IMG/VR virus record: IMGVR_UViG_3300028640_000004
Location: 28,200-92,199 of that record
Origin: a virus
Lineage: Duplodnaviria > Caudoviricetes
Reading direction: 5' to 3' (one strand)
Length of the DNA: 64,000 bases
Shown here one piece after another: positions 57,648-64,000 of the stretch. Position 1 is the stretch's first letter. Every line of letters begins with the position of its first letter. Both the position numbers and the translations under genes were made by a program. The notes beneath the pieces are model-generated. The model did not search any database, was not told where the DNA came from, and saw only the letters and a program-made list of their open reading frames with translations.

Positions 57648-58301
57648 ATGATTATGAAAAATAAAATCGAAGAATTAAAAATAGAGTTAGCTGAGATGGA
57701 GGATCATTATGCTTTTGATCCTACTGATCAGGATTTACATGAGGATATAATAGCACTTCAGGCTCAGTTAAAAGAGCTTGAAGATAATAAATATAAAAAT
57801 AAGATTATGAAGAACAAATATATATTATTGAAAGATTTACCTAGATTAGGTAAAGAGATAGGTGATTATTACAATAATGAGTTTGTAGATTCACCTGCGG
57901 ATTTAATTAGGAGGGGTATTATTACTCCTGATAAAACAGATAAATGTTTTATCGTTAAAATTGCAGGAGAATATCTTGCAAAGATGAAAATAGAAAAAGA
58001 CTTCAATCCATTTACTGATGAAGTCATAGAGGCAAGTTTGCCAGAGCTTACAAAGAATAAAGATGAGGCTATAAAGCTTAATATGTATGAGGCTTTAGAG
58101 CAGATAAAAGAACTTTTTAGAGTGTTTGATCTGCATGTTAGGCAGTTCGATATAATCAATACGAATAATGATGTATCAATTGATTATATTAAAGCTCGCA
58201 TCTTATTAGATGTTGAGTTTTATTTAGAGGAAGTAGATCATAATGATCACCTCCGTGAGTTTGCATTAGAAAGTAACTTAGAATTTTTTAATGAAAACTA
58301 A
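57648..58301 (+). CDS. Hypothetical early protein (N-terminus shared with 58304)
   Basis: EELKIE.AE.E.H..FDP.D motif. Confidence 0.55.
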   Translation: MIMKNKIEELKIELAEMEDHYAFDPTDQDLHEDIIALQAQLKELEDNKYKNKIMKNKYILLKDLPRLGKEIGDYYNNEFVDSPADLIRRGIITPDKTDKCFIVKIAGEYLAKMKIEKDFNPFTDEVIEASLPELTKNKDEAIKLNMYEALEQIKELFRVFDLHVRQFDIINTNNDVSIDYIKARILLDVEFYLEEVDHNDHLREFALESNLEFFNEN

Positions 58302-58303
58302 TT

Positions 58304-58669
58304 ATGTTATATACTAAAGAAGAATTAAAGATAGAGATCGCTGAATTAGAAGCGCATCTTATCTTCGACCCATCTGATAAGCAGATGAGAGAAGATCTTA
58401 TACAACTTAAGCGTGATCTTAGAGAGCGCGATTATAAAACTTATAAAGCATACAGGGTTAAGCGGCATCTTAGAGATGCTGTCTTACTTCGACACCCTGT
58501 ACTTATAAGTGTTGCTGTACCACAACATGAGTTCATGTTTGGTTTAGCACAAGACGATTTTGGTATCATAGAATGTGATCACCATGGTCATGCTTATCAT
58601 ATCTTTAAGCATAGGATTAATGGATATGTTAAGCGTCATTACCCAGAAGGAATTTCTTGGGTATTATAA
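58304..58669 (+). CDS. Hypothetical early protein
   Basis: 121 aa. Confidence 0.55.
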   Translation: MLYTKEELKIEIAELEAHLIFDPSDKQMREDLIQLKRDLRERDYKTYKAYRVKRHLRDAVLLRHPVLISVAVPQHEFMFGLAQDDFGIIECDHHGHAYHIFKHRINGYVKRHYPEGISWVL

Positions 58670-58691
58670 ATTAATAATATAAATAAATATT

Positions 58692-58913
58692 ATGAAGAAA
58701 GAAACAAAAGAAAAAATTAAAAACATAAAGGAGAAGTATCCTGTTATCAGAGAACTTTTCCCTGTAGAAGTAGAGAGGATTGATCAAGGTCGATGTCCTT
58801 TTTGTAGTAAAGAAATAAATAAAGAAGAATTTCGTAATGAGATTAGTCTTAAGGAATTTAAGATCTCTGGCTTATGTCAGAAATGTCAGGACGATTTCTT
58901 CGGAATAGATTAA
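58692..58913 (+). CDS. Small Zn-finger protein
   Basis: CPFC...EFKISGLCQKCQDDFF. Confidence 0.65.
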   Translation: MKKETKEKIKNIKEKYPVIRELFPVEVERIDQGRCPFCSKEINKEEFRNEISLKEFKISGLCQKCQDDFFGID

Positions 58914-59140
58914 ACATGAAAGCAACAGATAAACAAAAGAAAGCCATAGCTAAAATGTATGCATGGCTTAAGGGTTACTGTGTTCCTCCCGAGGAAATCA
59001 GTAAGAAGAAAGATTTTATTGAGAGCTTAACTATTGAGGAGGCGAGCGCTGAGATTCAACGCTTGATTCCTAAGGTTAAGAACTGTGTATATATTGACGA
59101 TGACTATTGGAATCGTCAAGCATGGCTTTGGAAAGATTAA
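58874..59140 (+). CDS. Hypothetical protein (likely start MKATDKQ at 58916)
   Basis: ATDKQ...LT.EEAS.EI motif. Confidence 0.55.
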   Translation: MSEMSGRFLRNRLNMKATDKQKKAIAKMYAWLKGYCVPPEEISKKKDFIESLTIEEASAEIQRLIPKVKNCVYIDDDYWNRQAWLWKD

Positions 59141-59155
59141 TAATATATAATTAAA

Positions 59156-59362
59156 ATGCTTATAAAATATCCCGGTGTTTGTGATTGGTGTGGTAAGAAA
59201 GTTGAAGCTGGTAAAGGAGACTTTCAAGCTGTTGGTAGTTTACCTAAACACATTAGAGAAAAGTTTACCGGCAAGAATTATAAAGGGCGTTGGTTAATCC
59301 GATGCTTCAATTGTAAAGGTCGTCCTAATAAAGACTTATTAAAAAGATTTAATAATAAATAA
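59156..59362 (+). CDS. Small Zn-finger protein
   Basis: KYPGVCDWCG...CFNC. Confidence 0.6.
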   Translation: MLIKYPGVCDWCGKKVEAGKGDFQAVGSLPKHIREKFTGKNYKGRWLIRCFNCKGRPNKDLLKRFNNK

Positions 59363-59364
59363 AT

Positions 59365-59826
59365 ATGAAGTGCATAGTTTGTGGAGCGGATGTTCCTAAA
59401 GGTTATGTTAAATATTGTTCTAAGAAATGTAGGAACAAGTTTAATAGCAAGAAGTTCCAGAACAATACTGTTGAATGGAATAGAAAGAAGAGGGCGCAGT
59501 TAGCTAGTGTGCCCTCTCCTGATAAGAAACAGTGTGCTATTTGTGGTGGTTGGTATGTACAAGTTTGTACTCATGTTAGACTTGTACATAATATGACTGC
59601 TAGGGAATATAAAGAAGCCTATGGATTACCTGTTAAGCGTGGCATATCTCCTGCTTGGTATAGAAAACTTAAGGGTCAACAAGCTAAGGAGAATAAGACA
59701 TGTCTTAATCTTAAGAAGGGTAAGGTATATAGGTTCACTAAAGGTGATCCTAGAGCTGCCTTACCCAAAGGTTCTATAGGTTATAAGAGTAATCCATGTA
59801 AGCATAATAAAGATTACTATGAATAA
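59365..59826 (+). CDS. Zn-ribbon plus ROS/MucR-like DNA-binding protein
   Basis: CIVC..YCSKKC; CAICG....THVRLVHNMTAREYKEAYGLP. Confidence 0.7.
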   Translation: MKCIVCGADVPKGYVKYCSKKCRNKFNSKKFQNNTVEWNRKKRAQLASVPSPDKKQCAICGGWYVQVCTHVRLVHNMTAREYKEAYGLPVKRGISPAWYRKLKGQQAKENKTCLNLKKGKVYRFTKGDPRAALPKGSIGYKSNPCKHNKDYYE

Positions 59827-60084
59827 CACATGAATCCTTTTGAAGAAGTTTACTATGTTAATGTTAGGAGTTATTCTGATATGATAGATCTCCTAGAGTT
59901 CTGTCATAATAGAACTAAGTTACCTAGAAACTCCTACCTTAATAAGGTTGTATTGTATTTAAGATAGTTATGGATCCTTTTATGAGTAGTAGTATTCATG
60001 CTAGTCATATTGAATGGATCAGCTACATCAACGAAGGTATAGACTTGCCTATCCTACGGTTGATATTAGCTTTATAAAAGAATT

Positions 60085-60112
60085 GGAGGAGCTTTGTCTC
60101 CTCCTTTTTTTT
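60085..60112 (+). terminator. Intrinsic terminator
   Basis: GGAGGAG-CTTTGT-CTCCTCC followed by a T run. Confidence 0.75.
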
Positions 60113-60255
60113 ATTAGGGGAAGGGCTGCACTGTGTCCATCTACGATAGATAGACTATGATTAATCACTAAAGTGTATTTAATATATATTCTTTTGAATA
60201 TGTGTCGACAATATAAATACATAGTAGTTGTTATAAATTAATTATTTAAAATAAT

Positions 60256-60579
60256 ATGTTTAAAAAAATATCAGCAGTTAAAGCAATCGAAACTAAAGAG
60301 TACGAAGATAACGGAATCATTATTGGTTCCATTATCCAGAAAAAAGGTAATAATGGAAACACTTTCCAATCATTACAGTTAACAGTTAAAGATGAAAAAG
60401 ATGGCAAGTTTAAGGCCATCAAGAATCTTTATAATGTTGACCAGTTCTTCTTTAATGTGATCGAGTTAAAGAAACCAGTTGAGTTTAATTCTGGTGACAA
60501 AAAGATAGGCTTTCTAAAGATGGTTCCTAAGAAAGGAGTTAGTCTTGAGAATGCTTTCGATCAGTCAGAAGATGACTAG
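60256..60579 (+). CDS. Hypothetical protein
   Basis: 107 aa, between two terminators. Confidence 0.6.
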   Translation: MFKKISAVKAIETKEYEDNGIIIGSIIQKKGNNGNTFQSLQLTVKDEKDGKFKAIKNLYNVDQFFFNVIELKKPVEFNSGDKKIGFLKMVPKKGVSLENAFDQSEDD

Positions 60580-60588
60580 TCGCAGAGA

Positions 60589-60620
60589 GGGGAGGGGCTT
60601 CGGCCTCTCTCCTTTTTTTT
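60589..60620 (+). terminator. Intrinsic terminator
   Basis: G-rich stem with TTCG loop followed by T8. Confidence 0.75.
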
Positions 60621-60966
60621 GTTTCCGCGTTAGTAAGTGTTGGGTCCATCTACGATAGATATACTGCAACTAATGGTGCCAATGTGTTGTATCTTGGTCT
60701 TCCCGCTGTATAGTGGTGATACAACAATAATAAAATAAAGAGCTAACGCTCTGCCTAGTAGAGAACTAGGATTATATATGAAGAATAGATTACCTAATGA
60801 GGATGGAGACTCATAAAGCAGACGGGACTGTAGAAGAGTGGTGGTTTCACAACATAGATCATAGCTTAAAGAGCTTCTTAGATATGGCCGACAATCTTAC
60901 AGAAGACGAAGTTAATATCATCGCTGCTAATACAGCGCTTATTAAAATGAAAAGAGATAGGATCAT

Positions 60967-61221
60967 ATGAAGTCTATAAATGTATTAATATATACACAAG
61001 AAGATTTTGCATATGTGCAAAAGCTTCTTAAGAAATACAATAAGAAATGTGATAGCATAATAAATAATAAAGGACATTATGTAATTAGCATTATCTTAGA
61101 GCAGTCTGAACCTAGATGGTTGAATAAGGATGCTTGTGAAGATAATGTTGAAGAGCATATTTCTTATGGTAATATTTCTGTGAGTGAATTAGAAAGCTAT
61201 TTAATAATAGAATTATTATGA
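60967..61221 (+). CDS. Hypothetical protein (paralogous family with 61218 and 62261)
   Basis: Ends SELESYLIIELL. Confidence 0.55.
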   Translation: MKSINVLIYTQEDFAYVQKLLKKYNKKCDSIINNKGHYVISIILEQSEPRWLNKDACEDNVEEHISYGNISVSELESYLIIELL

Positions 61222-61454
61222 TTTTTGTAATAATAAAAGATGAAGTGCAATATAAGAATGCTATGGATATATTAAATAAGTATGGTTTTGAAATAAGAAA
61301 CTTAGAAACAAATACATCTATTATATTTCCGTTAACCATAGTTATCTCTATATCATTTAAGTATTTTTGGATGCATCCGAATTCAATAATAGAGTCGCCT
61401 GATATAATTAACTTAGATGATCTTGATGCTTACTTATTATTGGAAACAATATGA
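61218..61454 (+). CDS. Hypothetical protein (same family)
   Basis: Ends DDLDAYLLLETI. Confidence 0.55.
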   Translation: MIFVIIKDEVQYKNAMDILNKYGFEIRNLETNTSIIFPLTIVISISFKYFWMHPNSIIESPDIINLDDLDAYLLLETI

Positions 61455-61529
61455 GCGCTCCGAAGCCCTCCCCCCCTCAGCGAGGAGGGCTTCTTCTCTA
61501 TAATTAATTAATGAGCATAGCTCAACTGG

Positions 61530-61913
61530 TTGATAACCAGTATTAGTATGGTTAGTAGAAAAATAAAATTCGAGATACAAAGAGGTAGTTTGAGAATGAT
61601 ATATGGTGGACTCTACTTAGTAGAGAATACCTTAGACGAGAACTACAATCTTATTAAGAGCGAAGTGATTGAAACTTTACATGAGATAAAGTTTAATTAC
61701 GAATGGATTAACCGGGAGAAGACAGAATTGTTTCGTGAAGTGGAAACTTGGAAGAAAGCTTTTGAGAATGTTAAACATAAATTAGAGGCTAAAGAGATAC
61801 GAAGTAATGAGATATGTTTAGTATTCAAACCAAAGCATGAGATTGAACTTAAAGAATTATGTATTAAGATACAACGAGAACTTAATAAGCAAGCTAATGC
61901 TGAAGCTCTATGA
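61530..61913 (+). CDS. Hypothetical protein (likely start ATG 61548)
   Basis: 127-aa ORF. Confidence 0.5.
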   Translation: MITSISMVSRKIKFEIQRGSLRMIYGGLYLVENTLDENYNLIKSEVIETLHEIKFNYEWINREKTELFREVETWKKAFENVKHKLEAKEIRSNEICLVFKPKHEIELKELCIKIQRELNKQANAEAL

Positions 61914-62086
61914 TGTGGTGGGGGTACTTACATATTAATGGAAGCATACAAGTAAAGAGGTTCTTTGATCAGTTAGATATAGATGATGCAGAAAAATCTC
62001 CATTTGTAGAAAAAATAACTAGTGTATTTGAAGCTAGCAATAGAGATGAAGCAATAAGAATAGCTAAGCAAAGCCTTGGATTATGA
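61910..62086 (+). CDS. Small phage protein MMWWGYLHINGSIQVKRFF... (58 aa, not in ORF track)
   Basis: ATGA overlaps at both ends. Confidence 0.55.
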   Translation: MMWWGYLHINGSIQVKRFFDQLDIDDAEKSPFVEKITSVFEASNRDEAIRIAKQSLGL

Positions 62087-62268
62087 AAATAGATATAAGA
62101 ATTACTTCAGGTTATCATAATGAAATAAAGATACATGCAAAAATAGAAAATGAAGTGCATGTTATTCCATTAGATGTAGCTGAAGAGATAATAAAAAGAT
62201 ATCTTGAAACTAATGGTTTCAATACTGAGCTTAAAGGTAAGCAAGTCTATAAAAGAATAGTTGTGTAA
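62083..62268 (+). CDS. Hypothetical protein
   Basis: Coupled ORF. Confidence 0.5.
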   Translation: MKIDIRITSGYHNEIKIHAKIENEVHVIPLDVAEEIIKRYLETNGFNTELKGKQVYKRIVV

Positions 62269-62494
62269 TGTGTGGGTTGAAATAAATAATAAAGAAGAGT
62301 TTAATGTTCTTAAGAAGATAATATATAAATACTATAATGTACCAATACATTATAGTACTAATTCAAAATTCTTCTTTATTAGAGTTATCAATAAGAAAAT
62401 TGCTGTACTTGGATACAGAGATAAGCCTTGGTATGCAGTTAAACTACTTACCTTAAAAGAATTAGATAATAAATTATTATTAGAATTATTATGA
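62261..62494 (+). CDS. Hypothetical protein (same family as 60967)
   Basis: Ends KELDNKLLLELL. Confidence 0.5.
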   Translation: MCNVWVEINNKEEFNVLKKIIYKYYNVPIHYSTNSKFFFIRVINKKIAVLGYRDKPWYAVKLLTLKELDNKLLLELL

Positions 62495-62724
62495 ACACAA
62501 TATGCAAAAGAATATAAAAGACTTGATGGTGTTGTTAATAAAATAACTATTTCAGGTACTTTAAATCCTTCTGATGGTACTTTTTATTTAAATAACCCAG
62601 CTGATACTGGATCTTTAGAAGATTGGACTGCTTACTCTGAAGCTATTCTAGAGTTAGTAGATATTTTTAAGAAGGATAGTGATTATAAACTTAAGAAAAC
62701 GAAGACATCTTCGCATTTAAAAAT

Positions 62725-62955
62725 ATGATACAAGAAATATTATTTATCTTATTGTTAACATACCTAGTCATAGTTTTGATTAGAATATTAATTCTTTATA
62801 GTAAGATAACTAAAGAACTTAATAGATTCGAAAGAGGTATGGGTCTTATTAGAACTAGAGAAGAATCTGATAATTTCTATGATAAGTTTGATGACTATGT
62901 TCTTCATTGTAAGGATGATCTATTTAAAAAGATATTCTTATTTAAAAAGCTATGA
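62725..62955 (+). CDS. Hypothetical membrane-anchored protein
   Basis: N-terminal TM segment. Confidence 0.5.
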   Translation: MIQEILFILLLTYLVIVLIRILILYSKITKELNRFERGMGLIRTREESDNFYDKFDDYVLHCKDDLFKKIFLFKKL

Positions 62956-63153
62956 GCTGGTATGATGATCCTATAACAGATAGGCAAATTGAATCTATAG
63001 AAGAACTTGAAGCCATGATTAGTGGCTTTGATAATATCAAAGTTATTAAAGCTGAACCTAAAACAAAAGGTGAGGCAGGTAAGTATATTAATTATTTATT
63101 AGCATTAATTAATAGTCTTTAGACTAGCGGGTTGATAACCCGTATTAAAATAT

Positions 63154-63525
63154 ATGACAATAGAGACATTAAACGGAATGAAACTTCATTATGGTAATGT
63201 TGATGCCTTCACTGGCAAAAGATTAAAAGGTCTTAATAATGTAGCAGTGTATATAGAAACTGGCTCAGACTATGAAAGGTTTTGGATCAGTGAAGAATCA
63301 TTCTTCGTAGCAGTTAATTGTTTTAACTTGCATCAAGCAAGACCAGTAGAATTATATTTCAATTTCAGTGATGTACAGAATATGAAACATAATTTAGGTT
63401 TACCTACTGATAAGCAATGTATTGATGCAGAGCTAGAAGAAATGTTCGGTGAACCATTTAGAAATCCTTGGTGGGATAACATGGAGAACTGGAGTAGTGA
63501 AGAGAATAATTTATACGAAGACTAA
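63154..63525 (+). CDS. Hypothetical protein
   Basis: 123 aa. Confidence 0.55.
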   Translation: MTIETLNGMKLHYGNVDAFTGKRLKGLNNVAVYIETGSDYERFWISEESFFVAVNCFNLHQARPVELYFNFSDVQNMKHNLGLPTDKQCIDAELEEMFGEPFRNPWWDNMENWSSEENNLYED

Positions 63526-63805
63526 TATGGTAGAATTTATAATTATATTCATAATAAGTACAGTGTTTTCATTCTTGTTCTTTAATAATATTCTTTTAAG
63601 AAGTGAGAAATTAAAATTAGAAGAACAATTATTAAGAGCAGATATAGAAAAGACTCAACTTAAGATAGAAATTAATACAGTTAAGTTAGAGTTTAATTCT
63701 TATAAGCAAAAGACTTATAAATATTCTATAGATCTGCTTACTAAAATTAAAGATGGTAAGCTTATTACATTAGAAGATTTATTAGAGTTCGATCCTAGTA
63801 AGTAA
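63449..63805 (+). CDS. TM plus coiled-coil protein (likely start MVEFII at 63527)
   Basis: TM segment followed by a heptad-rich region. Confidence 0.5.
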   Translation: MNHLEILGGITWRTGVVKRIIYTKTNMVEFIIIFIISTVFSFLFFNNILLRSEKLKLEEQLLRADIEKTQLKIEINTVKLEFNSYKQKTYKYSIDLLTKIKDGKLITLEDLLEFDPSK

Positions 63806-64000
63806 TATGACTTATTATTATATAGTTAAAGGTCGAGAAGATATGGTTGCTTTTGAATATTATCTTGGAATGGTTTACTATCCTTCATTCGTTACTGAAA
63901 TAGATGAAGATAATATAAAAGATTCTATAGTATTAATAAATGAGAATTTTAATACTATAGATGATTTATATTGGTGTGCTGATATAAATCAACTTAACTA

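Overview
AT-rich segment of a large tailed dsDNA bacteriophage genome (standard genetic code, almost all genes on +). 1-34.1 kb is the virion/lysis module: a giant polyvalent protein of at least 3,733 aa with DEDDh exonuclease and SLOG-like domains, tail-tubular-like genes, a C1-peptidase/PG-binding lysin, an 11-kb cluster of fibre/LamG/beta-propeller/Fn3 adhesins, and holin-like genes. 34.4-52.5 kb is the replication/metabolism module: Cas4-like nuclease, gp32-like SSB, glutaredoxin, RecA, resolvase, GroES/GroEL, ThyA-like enzyme, dCTP deaminase, an HTH replication initiator with internal iterons, intein-containing DnaB, Acb2-like and Tad2-like anti-defence genes, a tmRNA and two tRNA clusters. 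52.5-54.4 kb is largely non-coding and repeat-rich (probable terminus/origin-type region). 54.4-64 kb holds small early-type genes. The host is uncertain; Patescibacteria/CPR is a tentative inference. The most unusual signals are at the RNA/DNA-motif level. (i) Seven non-canonical tRNA-like elements, including a circularly permuted YrlA-like RNA, a 164-nt oversized cloverleaf, a Leu-body tRNA without an anticodon loop, a minihelix and a tRNA-Trp with two 3' halves. (ii) A C4/CI-like antisense-attenuator with a leader peptide in front of the replication initiator. (iii) Eight consecutive early genes ending in TAG, several followed 5 nt later by a covarying H-type pseudoknot. (iv) Ten dispersed copies of the palindrome CGAAGATATCTTCG. 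At the protein level, the fibre cluster shows a repeated C-terminal module/next-gene N-terminal peptide pairing. Several single-base lesions suggest some assembly errors, so single-nucleotide anomalies need read-level checking. All calls are by eye; no searches were run.
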